Source: Pseudomonadota bacterium
GTDB taxonomy: Bacteria > UBA10199 > 2-02-FULL-44-16 > DYJF01
Assembly (NCBI GenBank): GCA_043823065.1
Contig: JBDRBB010000025.1
Location: 276-64,275 of the forward strand
Direction: 5' to 3'
DNA length: 64,000 nucleotides
Shown: piece after piece, positions 36,212 to 46,787 of the stretch
How positions within the stretch are numbered: the first letter of the stretch is position 1
Layout: each line of letters opens with the position of its first letter
Notes under the pieces: model-generated
What the model saw: only the letters and a program-made list of their open reading frames with translations
Told to the model about the DNA's origin: nothing
Database searches by the model: none
Translations under genes and position numbers: made by a program

Positions 36212-37609
36212 GTGTTGGCTTTGGCTTGTCCTAGTTCAAACACCCAACAAGGACAAACTGGCAATGGCGGGACTGATAACGGCACAACTGGCGAAACCAC
36301 TGAAGGCACCCAAACTGCCACCACTCCTGCTGCCCAGCTTTTGCAACCTGAAGACTTGCAATATCTTGGCGCTTTTAGATTACCAGATGGAGCGGTTCCT
36401 AATTCCTGGGAATGGAACGGCGATGCCCTAACCTATTATCCTGAAGGTGCTAATGCTGGCCTGCCTGGTTCCTTGTTTGGCACAGGAAATGGTCCAACTA
36501 ATTATGTATCAGAAATCAGCATTCCAGCTCCAGTTAATTCTCGCAATCTGGCTGCGCTTAATACTGCTGATACGCGTCAGGGTTTTGCAGATATCCGTGG
36601 TGGATTGGTTGATCATCTCATGGAAGTTCCGTTTGTGGCTTTGGAATATTTTTCTACACCCACTACTGGTCCAAAAATTCATTTTGCCTGGGGTGCTAAC
36701 TTGCAAGGTGAAGAAGCAGCACCTAGCCATGGCTGGTTTGATCTGAATTTGGCTGTTCCCAATACACAAGGGTTATGGACTATTGGCAGCAATTCTCCAA
36801 ACAGCGTTAATGATTATATTTTTGCCATTCCTACAGAATGGGCAGATGCCAATGTAGGCAGCAGATATTTAGCCACCGGTAGATTTAAAGATGGCGGTTT
36901 GGGCGGCAAAGGACCTTCACTTTTTGCTTATGCACCTTGGCTGCAAGGAAATCCACCTGCTGCTGGCACAGTTTTGAATGAAGTTACCTTGCTTAAATAT
37001 GGTTCAACTTTTCACGATGATGAAACCACTTATCGCACCAGAAGAATGACCAATTATCATGATGCAGATTCCTGGGCAGGAGGAGCTTGGATCACAACTG
37101 CTTCAGGAAAATCAGGTGTAATTTTTGTAGGCACCAAATCCACTGGTAATTATTATTGGTATGGTTATGTAGATCGCAACAATCGCACTAGGCCTTGCGT
37201 GGAACCTGAAGAACTCAGCTTTATTACTTGCCGTAATGCCAATGGCACTGCTTGCAGCGAAGATTTGTTTGCTGGTTGCGGAGGAGAAGCAAACTGGCTC
37301 ACTGAAAAAGGCTGGCGCGGCGACAGGTTTGACGCCCAAATTATTTTTTATGATCCGGCAAATTTGGCTGAAGTTGTTGCCGGCAACATGGAATCCTACG
37401 TGCCCCAACCTTATGCCACAATGGATATTGATGAATATTTATTCTTGCCTGATATATCTGCTGATATTGTTATTACTTTTGGCGCTGGAGACCAAAGAAA
37501 ATATCGAGTAAGCGGTGTGGCTTATGATCGCACAAATAATTATCTATATGTCATGGAACCTTTTGCTGATGAATCCAAACCTGTGATCCATGTCTGGAAA
37601 ATAAATTGA
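36212..37609 (+). CDS. secreted hypothetical protein (465 aa)
   Basis: Begins with the end of a signal/lipobox-like segment (LALAC). The true start is probably a non-canonical codon a few codons upstream, since the in-frame upstream codons are hydrophobic and there is no ATG. No known domain. Confidence 0.45.
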   Translation: MLALACPSSNTQQGQTGNGGTDNGTTGETTEGTQTATTPAAQLLQPEDLQYLGAFRLPDGAVPNSWEWNGDALTYYPEGANAGLPGSLFGTGNGPTNYVSEISIPAPVNSRNLAALNTADTRQGFADIRGGLVDHLMEVPFVALEYFSTPTTGPKIHFAWGANLQGEEAAPSHGWFDLNLAVPNTQGLWTIGSNSPNSVNDYIFAIPTEWADANVGSRYLATGRFKDGGLGGKGPSLFAYAPWLQGNPPAAGTVLNEVTLLKYGSTFHDDETTYRTRRMTNYHDADSWAGGAWITTASGKSGVIFVGTKSTGNYYWYGYVDRNNRTRPCVEPEELSFITCRNANGTACSEDLFAGCGGEANWLTEKGWRGDRFDAQIIFYDPANLAEVVAGNMESYVPQPYATMDIDEYLFLPDISADIVITFGAGDQRKYRVSGVAYDRTNNYLYVMEPFADESKPVIHVWKIN

Positions 37610-37704
37610 CTCGTGCTTACTGGCGTGATTGATTCAATGTTGTCATTCTGAGCCAAAAACGAAGGATGACCCAATAAAAACTAACAACAAAAAGGGGGTA
37701 AAGC

Positions 37705-39141
37705 ATGAACAAAAGAATGATAAATTACCTAGCAGTAGCAGTTCTATTATTAGGCTTGGCTGCTTGCGGTGGTAGCAGCGGAGGTGGCGGTGGCGCTGGT
37801 CTGAACGGAGCCACTTCAGTTACCGGAACAGTTTATTCAGCAAGTGGAGACCCTGTACCTGGCACCACAGTCTATATTCCAGGCGCTACAGTTTCCGCAA
37901 TGACAGTGAACAAAGCCACTCGCAGTTTTAACAAAGCTGTAGTCAACCCAGATGGCACTTCCTGCGAAGACCCACTTTCTGGCGACAATGCCCAGGCCTC
38001 AGCTTGCGCAGGTCAGGATGGTTCATTTAACATAGATACATCTGCCTTAACTAGTGGCACCCAAATTGTTTTCCAACGCGGCGCCTTGCGCATGATTATG
38101 AATCTGAATTGTACCAGCAGTATTATTGCTGCTGGCGTCTGCACTTTGCCCACAACCGACACTTCTTTTGGTGGTGGTTCAACCACCTGGCCCAGAGTAG
38201 CAGTAGTAACCGGCTTGTGGGATCGGATGGAAGATGTGTTGGCTAAGCTTGCTGACTCAAATACTACTGATGATACCAATGGCCAATATGGCCGGGTTGA
38301 TGCTTCTACTGGCATATTTGTCTATGGTTCAGAATATGGAACCAATCTCACTATTATTGACGGCACTGGCTTTACCACCCCAACTGAAAATGTAGATAAT
38401 GTTGGCACCTATAAAACTTGGAATACCTATCTAGATGGCACCAATCCCTTGGTCAGCGGCGGCGCACCTGTGTTTGACATAATCTTTATTAATTGCGGAA
38501 ATTCTTATGAAGCAACTCAACTTATTCCCAACATAGCTACCTTGCAAGCTTATGTAAATGCTGGCGGCAGACTCTATGTAACCGATTTATCTTACGATCA
38601 TATTGAACAATCCTTTCCCCAATTTATGCAGTTTGCCAATGACCCGGCCGATCCTGATACTCCAGGCGTTTTGGGCGCTGCAGAAGTGGGTTCTGCTGTT
38701 GAGCCTGACGGAGTTACACCGCTTACCGTTAATGCAGCGGTAAATGAAGCAGGTATGGCTACTTGGTTAGCTGATGTTAATGTCAATCGTCATGATGCTA
38801 CTACCCCAGGCAACCCAGATTTCGATTGCGCAGCAGCACCTTATGATCAAATTACCAGCGCTCTAACTACGAACAGCTTGATTCCTTTAGGTGATTTCTT
38901 AGGTGGCTGGGCCCACATGGATGGGGCTCATACTGGTTATACCCCAACTATCTGGATTTCTTCTGGAACAGGCGTAGTGTTTAACGGTTTAACCAACAGA
39001 CCTTTAACTGCTTCCATGAGCTCTGGCGCTAATGGTGGTTTACTAGTTTACTCTTCTTATCATACTGCTCATAGCTGCCCCACGCCAACCTTCTGGCCCC
39101 AAGAAAGAGTACTGCAATATCTAATCTTTGAAGCTTTCTAA
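37705..39141 (+). CDS. lipoprotein, function unknown (478 aa)
   Basis: Lipobox LGLAACGGSSGGGGG, Gly-rich linkers, and no catalytic motif I recognise. Confidence 0.5.
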   Translation: MNKRMINYLAVAVLLLGLAACGGSSGGGGGAGLNGATSVTGTVYSASGDPVPGTTVYIPGATVSAMTVNKATRSFNKAVVNPDGTSCEDPLSGDNAQASACAGQDGSFNIDTSALTSGTQIVFQRGALRMIMNLNCTSSIIAAGVCTLPTTDTSFGGGSTTWPRVAVVTGLWDRMEDVLAKLADSNTTDDTNGQYGRVDASTGIFVYGSEYGTNLTIIDGTGFTTPTENVDNVGTYKTWNTYLDGTNPLVSGGAPVFDIIFINCGNSYEATQLIPNIATLQAYVNAGGRLYVTDLSYDHIEQSFPQFMQFANDPADPDTPGVLGAAEVGSAVEPDGVTPLTVNAAVNEAGMATWLADVNVNRHDATTPGNPDFDCAAAPYDQITSALTTNSLIPLGDFLGGWAHMDGAHTGYTPTIWISSGTGVVFNGLTNRPLTASMSSGANGGLLVYSSYHTAHSCPTPTFWPQERVLQYLIFEAF

Positions 39142-39421
39142 GCTATAATGTTATCCTGAACAAAAGTGAAGGATCCCAGTTTTTACTGGGATTCCTCACT
39201 GCGTTCGGAATGACAAGCCTGAAAATATGAGAACCTATTCTCATTATTGGGAAATACTGAAAAGACCAAATAATATCAATAAGTTATAGATGGCAATCAC
39301 CTCCTAATTAACCTCTTTTCATTCTCATCCTTGAGAAAAAAACAAAACTTATCATTTTAGTAAAAGAACTCCTTAAATCTTAAATAATATCAATGAATTA
39401 CATGCCACCTATTTTTTAACC

Positions 39422-39437
39422 TGGCACCATTTTCGCT
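39422..39437 (+). promoter_or_regulatory. candidate sigma-54 (-24/-12) promoter
   Basis: TGGCAC-cattt-TCGC has the conserved GG and GC at the canonical 10-nt spacing, with one mismatch to TGGCAC-N5-TTGC. It lies 33 nt upstream of the 39470 ATG and next to a sigma-54 activator gene. Confidence 0.4.
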
Positions 39438-39469
39438 TATATAAAAAGTGGAGAAGGAGCGGTGGAGTT

Positions 39470-40132
39470 ATGGAGATCAATAAATTAATTAACATAATAA
39501 GCTTTGCAGTATTAATGATCACCTTAATTGGTGTTTTATATAGCAACCAAATGATCTTAGTTCCTTTAGTTTCAGCAAAAACTGATATAGCTGAAGGCCA
39601 AACTTCATATAGCATTCGTTGCGTTCCTTCAAATGAGCTAAGCTTGGTTTCGCATTTTAATATTATGAGTACTTTTAATAACCAATTAGGTTCAACCCTA
39701 GCTGTTACCAACAGTGAAACTGGCCAAGCCATTATCAGCAAATCAGTTAAAGAAACTCTGGAAACTATAGAAAATGAACAATACCAAGTAGCCATGTTTG
39801 AAGGACCAAAGGTTAGTCATCATGCTTTTTGCGCTAATGAACAATTAAACCACGGCAACTTGCATATGGCCCAAATCAGTAAGCAGGAAAATCCTCCAAT
39901 TTTAATGGCTCAAGGTTCAGAAACAAATATTGATAACTTTCAGCAAGTTCCTAACAATGGTCAGTTTTATAATGCGGTTAATAACGGCTCAATAGATAAA
40001 ATAAATTTTGGTTTAAGAGCAACCTATGGTGAGGGAAGCAGCAATAATTACAGGGTAGCAGTAACCAAACCCTTAAATAGCGATCAACAAAGCTATGTTT
40101 ACGAAATGTTAGTTAGTTCAAACTTAGAATAA
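39470..40132 (+). CDS. secreted or membrane-anchored hypothetical protein (220 aa, Asn/Gln/Ser-rich)
   Basis: N-terminal hydrophobic helix and no recognisable domain. Preceded by a sigma-54-type promoter and a purine-rich SD. Confidence 0.45.
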   Translation: MEINKLINIISFAVLMITLIGVLYSNQMILVPLVSAKTDIAEGQTSYSIRCVPSNELSLVSHFNIMSTFNNQLGSTLAVTNSETGQAIISKSVKETLETIENEQYQVAMFEGPKVSHHAFCANEQLNHGNLHMAQISKQENPPILMAQGSETNIDNFQQVPNNGQFYNAVNNGSIDKINFGLRATYGEGSSNNYRVAVTKPLNSDQQSYVYEMLVSSNLE

Positions 40133-40141
40133 GTATAAGAT

Positions 40142-41410
40142 TTAAAGTTGCCCCCTTTCAATCTTATATTTTTTGATTTTCCGATACAATGTGGCCAAAC
40201 TCATATTAAGAGATTTGGCCGCATGTTTATAATCATCTTTATTGGTACGCACAGCTTTTTCAATAATCATTTTTTCGTATTCATCTACGCTTAAATTCTT
40301 GTCAACTGGGCAATGGTTTTCCATCAGAGAGCTGGCTGCTGATGTTAAATCATCCAAGGTAATAATTTGGCCCTTGCCAATAGCAATGGCTCCTCTAATA
40401 GCATTTTCTAATTCTCTGACATTTCCTGGCCAGTCATATTGATAGAGAATTTTCATCACCCTGGGCTCTACAGAATTAATCTTTCTGGTTTCAGGTTGAA
40501 ATTTTTGGACAAAATGTTCCACCAAGAGCGGTATATCTGCCCTTCTTTCTCTTAAAGGTGGAATGCGCAAAGACACAACATTAAGCCGATAAAACAAATC
40601 TTCCCTGAATTTTCCCTGCCTAACTTCTTCTTTTAAATCTCTATTGCTGGCAGCAATGATACGCACATCAACCTTCTCCATTTTTTCGCTGCCAACCGGA
40701 GTAACTTCTCCTTCCTGAATAGCCCTCAGTAGCTTCACCTGCAAGGCTAGAGGAATTTCGGATATTTCGTCCAAAAAAATGGTGCCATTATTGGCCAGCT
40801 GAAACAAACCTTTTTTATCCCGATGCGCGCTAGTGAATGAACCTTTTAGATGGCCGAACAATTCGCTTTCAATCACCCCTGGCGCAAAAGCAGCGCAGGA
40901 AACAGGAATAAACTTAGTGTCTTTGCGCAAACTGCTAAAATGAATAGCCCTGGCCACCAATTCTTTACCTGTACCGCTTTCACCTTGAATTAAAACATCT
41001 GCTTCACTGCTTGACAACCTGTTAATGAGATTAAACAAGCGATACATTTGTTCTGAACTGGCAATGATGTTTTGACAACAATCTTCATCGTGAAAGGAAA
41101 ACTCTTCTTTTTGATAAGACAAACTTTGATCCAGAGTTGGTTCAGCTACTCCAGCAATTAAGTTAGCCAAACTTTCAGCAGTGGCTTGAGCTGATTTAAG
41201 CAAACACTTTATTTTATCTTGCTGCTGATCGGTTAAATTAAGGCTGTCATCATTCAAAAGCTCATTGGCATAACGCATCACTGAATTTAGCTGTTTTTGC
41301 ACTTCACCTGACAAACCTTTGACCACTGTATGACTATATGCGGGTGACATACTTGCTTGGTTTTTTTCCATAAGTGTGCTAATGCTAATGCATTCTTTTT
41401 TATTTAGCAA
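40142..41410 (-). CDS. sigma-54-dependent transcriptional activator (bEBP) lacking a receiver domain
   Basis: AAA+ core with Walker A GESGTGKE, ESELFGH, an Arg-finger region and a C-terminal Fis-type HTH (LATLYRKIKKY). The GAFTGA loop reads GSFTSA. The N-terminal 130 aa has no REC or GAF signature. The ORF-track TTG start is uncertain; the ATG at 41371 or 41350 is more likely. Confidence 0.8.
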   Translation of the reverse strand: MLNKKECISISTLMEKNQASMSPAYSHTVVKGLSGEVQKQLNSVMRYANELLNDDSLNLTDQQQDKIKCLLKSAQATAESLANLIAGVAEPTLDQSLSYQKEEFSFHDEDCCQNIIASSEQMYRLFNLINRLSSSEADVLIQGESGTGKELVARAIHFSSLRKDTKFIPVSCAAFAPGVIESELFGHLKGSFTSAHRDKKGLFQLANNGTIFLDEISEIPLALQVKLLRAIQEGEVTPVGSEKMEKVDVRIIAASNRDLKEEVRQGKFREDLFYRLNVVSLRIPPLRERRADIPLLVEHFVQKFQPETRKINSVEPRVMKILYQYDWPGNVRELENAIRGAIAIGKGQIITLDDLTSAASSLMENHCPVDKNLSVDEYEKMIIEKAVRTNKDDYKHAAKSLNMSLATLYRKIKKYKIERGQL

Positions 41411-41424
41411 CCTTGAGTTAAAAA

Positions 41425-42654
41425 ATGAATATATATTTAGTTATTATTCTTGGCGCCTTAAGTTTTCAATTTATCTTGCAAACAATAGTGCGCATTTTAA
41501 ATATCAAATCCTTAAGCCCAATTTTACCTGCAGAATTTGCTAATTTTTATGATCCACAAGAATATCAGCGTTCCCAAAAATATACCAAAACTAATGCTTT
41601 GTTTAATCAGATCTTAACTACTTTTAGTTTTATCCTGGTTATTGCTTTTATCTTACTAGGTGGATTTAATTATGCTGATTTATTTGTACGCTCATTTGTA
41701 GCCAATCCTATTGCCCAGGGTTTAATCTTTATGGCTATTCTCTATCTAGCCAATGATCTTATTTTGCTGCCTTTTTCCCTTTATCATACTTTTGTGATCG
41801 AAGAAAAATTCGGGTTTAACAAAACCTCGGCTAAAACTTTTGTTATTGATCAACTTAAATCCTATTTTTTGCTTATCGTGATTGGCGGGCCGATTTTAGC
41901 ATTACTACTTTTATTTTTTGAAAAAGCTGGTCAATACGCCTGGTTACTAGCTTGGGGCTTGGTAGCAATTTTTATGGTTTTGATTCAACCTTTGTTCACC
42001 TTGGTAATTGCGCCCTTATTTAACAAGTTTACGCCACTTGAACCTGGCGGGCTTAAAACCGCTATTGAAAATTATGCTCAAAAAGTAAAATTTTCCCTTA
42101 AAGAAATTTCAGTAATGGATGGCTCCAAGCGCTCTAGCCATTCCAACGCTTATTTCAGCGGCATAGGCAAAAAAAGAATTGCCCTGTTTGATACTTTGAT
42201 TGCCAAACATTCTATCCCGGAACTACTGGCCATTGTGGCTCATGAAGTTGGTCATTATAAGAAACACCACATTATTAAAAATACGGTTATTGCTATTATT
42301 CATTCAGGTGTTTTGTTTTTTCTTTTATCTTTGTTTATTAAAAACCCAGAACTTTTTGCTGCTTTTAAAATGGAGCATACTTCAATTTATGCCAGCTTTA
42401 TCTTTTTTGCGCTGCTATACTCGCCAGTGGAAATGATTATCTCTGTGGTGCTAAATTGGTTGTCTCGCAAATATGAATATGAAGCAGACCAGTTTGCTAG
42501 CCAAACCACGCAAGATCCAGAAAGCATGGTCTTGGCCTTAAAAAATTTATCAGTTAGCAATCTGGCAAACCTAACTCCTCACCCTTGGCATGTTTTTTTG
42601 AATTATAGCCATCCCCCGATCTTGCAGCGAATCAAGGCTATTGAGAAATTCTGA
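41425..42654 (+). CDS. M48-family (Ste24/HtpX-like) zinc metallopeptidase
   Basis: HEVGHYKKHH (HExxH) with a downstream Glu, and multiple N-terminal TM helices. 409 aa is typical of bacterial Ste24-like enzymes. Confidence 0.8.
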   Translation: MNIYLVIILGALSFQFILQTIVRILNIKSLSPILPAEFANFYDPQEYQRSQKYTKTNALFNQILTTFSFILVIAFILLGGFNYADLFVRSFVANPIAQGLIFMAILYLANDLILLPFSLYHTFVIEEKFGFNKTSAKTFVIDQLKSYFLLIVIGGPILALLLLFFEKAGQYAWLLAWGLVAIFMVLIQPLFTLVIAPLFNKFTPLEPGGLKTAIENYAQKVKFSLKEISVMDGSKRSSHSNAYFSGIGKKRIALFDTLIAKHSIPELLAIVAHEVGHYKKHHIIKNTVIAIIHSGVLFFLLSLFIKNPELFAAFKMEHTSIYASFIFFALLYSPVEMIISVVLNWLSRKYEYEADQFASQTTQDPESMVLALKNLSVSNLANLTPHPWHVFLNYSHPPILQRIKAIEKF

Positions 42655-43711
42655 CCACATGACTTAATCCCCACACATCCCTATCCACAAAAAAATCATC
42701 AATAGCTGCTAACATGATCTTGCCCATTGGCAGCTGGCCATCTAACTGATCCAAAATCAGATATGATTCGCTGTTTTTGTTGAGAAAAAGCTCTCTAGCG
42801 GAAAAAAGTGCTCTATATCCATCACAACCTACAAATAAAAAATAGTCATCCAAGTTATAATCAGGAAAATTTTTCTTTAAAAATGATCTCAAATTAAAAC
42901 CTGAAGCTTTAGAAATGCTTTTATACCCTTGGCCATGACCAATTCTTATCCAATTAGAAACGCTATTTTTTTTCACATTATCATAATTTGCTTTTCCAAC
43001 ATTTTTATCATCAATAATATTAAGCGAATCTGCATCGCACTTTAAGCCTTTTTGTACCTTGGGCAATAAATGCTCCGGCAAACTAATCGGCGCAATAGTA
43101 ATCTCCACAACATCGTCCAAGTATCTGGCTGTATCTGGATCACGCGGAGCAATAAGTTTTAACCCCTTAATATTATCTTTATATTTATTGTGATTATATT
43201 GATCAGGATCTTTATAAGGCAATATTTCTTGTCTATAAAAAGCCAAGGTTACTGGCAAAGAATCATCAGTCATTAGCAATTCATTGTAGGTAAAATTAAC
43301 TATTTTACCAGTTGCTGACTTAACGCTAACAATAAGATCCAAAGGCTTGTTAAAACTTGCTTGCTCAGGTTTTTTAGGTTCAATACCTTCCAGAATATTA
43401 TATAGAGGAATCCCAACATAAGTATATGCACCTATAAATTCCCCTTGAGCAGACATTTCCTTAGTACGAATACTGGAAGTGGCAAAAGCGGCCAAAGCCT
43501 GGCTAGAAAATTTATATTCTCTGCTAACCAACCCATTTATGGTTAGCGCAATATTTTCTGGTAAGGGCTGGCTCAAGACTTTAGGTGTGGCGCCAGTGAC
43601 TGCTAATACTGAATAATAATTTTTTTGAGTATAATAGACCCTGACCAAATAGATCACAGCCAGTGCAATTAACAAGCTAGCGATGAATATTAGCCAATGT
43701 CTTTTAAGCAT
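42638..43711 (-). CDS. membrane-anchored hypothetical protein (357 aa)
   Basis: N-terminal TM. Weak resemblance to the sulfite-oxidase-fold Moco domain, but the cofactor-binding Cys is absent, so I make no confident assignment. Confidence 0.4.
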   Translation of the reverse strand: MLKRHWLIFIASLLIALAVIYLVRVYYTQKNYYSVLAVTGATPKVLSQPLPENIALTINGLVSREYKFSSQALAAFATSSIRTKEMSAQGEFIGAYTYVGIPLYNILEGIEPKKPEQASFNKPLDLIVSVKSATGKIVNFTYNELLMTDDSLPVTLAFYRQEILPYKDPDQYNHNKYKDNIKGLKLIAPRDPDTARYLDDVVEITIAPISLPEHLLPKVQKGLKCDADSLNIIDDKNVGKANYDNVKKNSVSNWIRIGHGQGYKSISKASGFNLRSFLKKNFPDYNLDDYFLFVGCDGYRALFSARELFLNKNSESYLILDQLDGQLPMGKIMLAAIDDFFVDRDVWGLSHVVRISQ

Positions 43712-43720
43712 AATTTTAAA

Positions 43721-44107
43721 TTAGTAGCGCCAGGTTAAGAAATCAACATCTGCCCTGTCTGGCAAGATGGAACAATATCCAGGCATTGGCCGACTTAAAT
43801 CCATTCCCAAAAAACACATCAAATTAAAAATCAGCGGGTCTGGTTCATAACACTCATCATAAACTTCATCAATTACAGATTCAAACCTGCTTATAAAAAC
43901 AAAACGATCCATACCTATTTCTTGAGTAACAAAAGCGCTTCTGGTCAAACGTGCGACTAATTCCAAATTTTCCAAAGGCTGCTGACCATTATTTTGCTGC
44001 TCATCTTGCCTTAGCGCATTATAAACTTCTCTTAGCTCGCTGGCATCCAGCCAACTGTCATTTTGCAAGGCAGCGTTAAATCTAGCTATTGCTAATGTTT
44101 CCGACAC
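43721..44107 (-). CDS. hypothetical acidic protein (128 aa)
   Basis: No motifs. Co-directional with and just downstream of 42638..43711. Confidence 0.35.
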   Translation of the reverse strand: MSETLAIARFNAALQNDSWLDASELREVYNALRQDEQQNNGQQPLENLELVARLTRSAFVTQEIGMDRFVFISRFESVIDEVYDECYEPDPLIFNLMCFLGMDLSRPMPGYCSILPDRADVDFLTWRY

Positions 44108-44261
44108 AAAACCTCCTTAAATATTGATTTGAGTTGACTAGCAACTGACATATCAGGCTAAAATTGTCAAGCCAGCCCTGAATCTAATCCGGATTTGCCG
44201 CTTGCCATGTTTGCTCAATATAGTATAAATTTCTAAATCAAATCCAACCTAGGGGGAGATC

Positions 44262-45311
44262 ATGAAAGATATAGCCAAAATTCTTGGAAACGATGCTGAT
44301 ACATTGCTAAAACACGAATGCAAAACCATCTCTAAGAAAGATTTACACTTACCTGGCCCAGACTTTATTGACCGTATCGTAGCTTTATCTGATCGCCCTA
44401 CTCCAGTTCTAAAAAGCCTAGCCAGCCTTTTCAACCATGGCCGTTTGAGTGGCACTGGGTATGTTTCAATCTTGCCAGTTGACCAAGGTATTGAACACAC
44501 TGCTGGCGCTTCTTTTGCCCCAAATCCCATTTATTTTGACCCGGAAAATATTGTAAAATTAGCTATTGAAGGCGGTTGCAATGGCGTAGCCTCTACCTTA
44601 GGCGTGCTAGGCGCTGTGGCTAGAAAATATGCGCACAAAATTCCTTTTATACTTAAAATCAATCATAATGAGCTTCTCACTTATCCTAATAGTTATGACC
44701 AAAGATTATTTGCCAGTGTTGAACAAGCCTTTGAAATGGGTTGTGTGGCAATTGGCGCAACTATCTATTTTGGTTCTGAAGAATCTAGGCGCCAAATTGA
44801 AGAGATATCTGAAGCCTTTCAATATGCTCATGAAATGGGCATGGCCACAATTCTGTGGTGCTACTTAAGAAATGATGGGTTCAAAAAAGATGGCGTAGAT
44901 TACCATGCTGCTGCAGACTTAACAGGACAAGCCAACCATTTGGGCGTAACCATTCAAGCTGATATTATTAAGCAAAAGCTGCCGGAGAACAATGGCGGCT
45001 TTAAGGCCATTAAATTTGGCAAGACCAGTCCGCTGGTTTACGAAAAACTTACTTCTGATCACCCAATTGATCTAACCCGCTACCAAGTGGCAAATTGCTA
45101 TATGGGCCGAGCTGGCTTGATTAACTCTGGTGGCCCTTCTGGCAAAGATGACTTAAAACAAGCAGTTATGACTGCTGTGGTCAACAAACGCGCTGGTGGC
45201 ACTGGTTTAATTTCCGGACGCAAAGCTTTTCAAAAGCCCATGAAACAAGGCGTGGAACTTTTAAATGCCATTCAAGATGTTTATCTTTCTAAAGAGATAA
45301 CTATAGCTTAA
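44262..45311 (+). CDS. fbaB: class I fructose-bisphosphate aldolase (DhnA/FbaB type)
   Basis: Near-colinear match to E. coli FbaB throughout: [83 protein letters not shown]. Confidence 0.9.
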   Translation: MKDIAKILGNDADTLLKHECKTISKKDLHLPGPDFIDRIVALSDRPTPVLKSLASLFNHGRLSGTGYVSILPVDQGIEHTAGASFAPNPIYFDPENIVKLAIEGGCNGVASTLGVLGAVARKYAHKIPFILKINHNELLTYPNSYDQRLFASVEQAFEMGCVAIGATIYFGSEESRRQIEEISEAFQYAHEMGMATILWCYLRNDGFKKDGVDYHAAADLTGQANHLGVTIQADIIKQKLPENNGGFKAIKFGKTSPLVYEKLTSDHPIDLTRYQVANCYMGRAGLINSGGPSGKDDLKQAVMTAVVNKRAGGTGLISGRKAFQKPMKQGVELLNAIQDVYLSKEITIA

Positions 45312-45377
45312 AAAGCGCGCAACTTATTTTGATTCTTGACGATAAAAGATCAGATTATAATGGAGGTTTAAATATAT

Positions 45378-45965
45378 ATGTTGGAATTTGGAAGTTTTGG
45401 ACCTTTAGCTGCCACAGCTTTTATTTTTGTGGCCCGCATTTTAGATGTGAGCATTGGCACCATTAGAATTATTTATGTGACCAAGGGAAAAAGATATCAA
45501 GCCACTATCTTAGGTTTTTTTGAGGTTTTAATCTGGATAATCGCCATTAACCAAGTAATGAATCATACCAATAGCTGGGTTGATTTTGTGGCTTATGCTG
45601 GTGGCTTTGCCATAGGCAATTTTGTGGGTATTACCATTGAAGACAAACTAGCTTTTGGCAAATTGGCCATTCAGCTAATTACTCAAAATGAAACCACGCT
45701 GTTAATGAGCAAACTTAAAGAAGCCGGGTTTGGGGTAACCCAAATTGAAGGCATGGGTGTTAAAACCAAGGTGATAATTTTAGTGGTAATGCTTAATCGC
45801 AAACGCTTGCCTGAGATCGTCAAGATTATTGACGAATATGCACCTAATACCTTTTATGCCATTTCAGATGTGCAAAACACCAAGTCTGGAGTTTTTCCCG
45901 TGGCACATTCCAGAAAAACTACCGCACCTTTTGATTTCTTGCGTATGTTCCGTTTGGCTAAATAA
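45378..45965 (+). CDS. UPF0316/DUF2179-family membrane protein
   Basis: Two or three N-terminal TM helices and a C-terminal DUF2179-like domain (GFGVTQIEGMG...). Confidence 0.55.
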   Translation: MLEFGSFGPLAATAFIFVARILDVSIGTIRIIYVTKGKRYQATILGFFEVLIWIIAINQVMNHTNSWVDFVAYAGGFAIGNFVGITIEDKLAFGKLAIQLITQNETTLLMSKLKEAGFGVTQIEGMGVKTKVIILVVMLNRKRLPEIVKIIDEYAPNTFYAISDVQNTKSGVFPVAHSRKTTAPFDFLRMFRLAK

Positions 45966-45967
45966 AT

Positions 45968-46711
45968 TTAAGCTTTGCCCTGGTTAGCCACAGACTGCAT
46001 GGCTTTTTCCACTTCTTTAGGATCGCCTAAGTAATAGCGATTGGTTGGCTTAAGATGCTCGTCTAATTCATAAACCAAAGGCATGCCAGTGGGAATATTA
46101 AGGCTCACAATATCTTTTTCTGAAACATCATCTAAGTGTTTAACCAAAGCCCGCAAACTATTACCATGCGCGGCAATCAAAACTTTTTTGCCAGCCTTAA
46201 TCTGAGGGACAATGGTATCATTCCAATAGGGCAAGAATCTGGCCACTGTATCTTTCAAACATTCAGTCAAAGGCAAGTGATGTTCATCTAAATCATGATA
46301 GCGGGGATCTTTACCTGGATAGCGTTCATCAGATTCTTCCAAGGCTGGTGGTGGAATATCATAGCTACGGCGCCAAATTAAAACCTGGTCTTCACCAAAC
46401 TTTTTTGCCATTTCTGATTTATTCAAACCTTGCAAAGCACCATAGTGACGCTCATTTAAGCGCCAAGATCTAATTACTGGAATCCACATCAGATCCATCT
46501 TATCTTGAACCAACCACAAGGTGCGAATTGCCCTCTTCAAAACTGAAGTAAAGGCTACGTCAAAAATATAACCTTCTTTTAACAACAGCTCGCCTGCTTT
46601 TTTGGCTTCTTCAATTCCTTTGTCAGACAAATCTACATCTGTCCAACCTGTGAATCGATTTTCCTTGTTCCAAATACTTTCCCCGTGCCTGAGTAATACT
46701 ACTTTGTACAT
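45968..46711 (-). CDS. gpmA: 2,3-bisphosphoglycerate-dependent phosphoglycerate mutase
   Basis: [18 protein letters not shown] (catalytic His signature), RHYG, and a 247-aa length. Confidence 0.9.
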   Translation of the reverse strand: MYKVVLLRHGESIWNKENRFTGWTDVDLSDKGIEEAKKAGELLLKEGYIFDVAFTSVLKRAIRTLWLVQDKMDLMWIPVIRSWRLNERHYGALQGLNKSEMAKKFGEDQVLIWRRSYDIPPPALEESDERYPGKDPRYHDLDEHHLPLTECLKDTVARFLPYWNDTIVPQIKAGKKVLIAAHGNSLRALVKHLDDVSEKDIVSLNIPTGMPLVYELDEHLKPTNRYYLGDPKEVEKAMQSVANQGKA

Positions 46712-46787
46712 TTATTTCTCCTCGTAATTGACTATTGACCATAGACTAAAAGGTCTTTAGTCAATAGTCCATGGTCTATGGTCGCTT

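Noticed and set aside
39409-39795. 128-aa minus-strand ORF overlapping the start of gene 39470..40132
   Set aside because: It overlaps the candidate sigma-54 promoter and a plus-strand gene that has a good RBS. There is no start context, and the Leu/Ile-rich translation comes from an AT-rich region.
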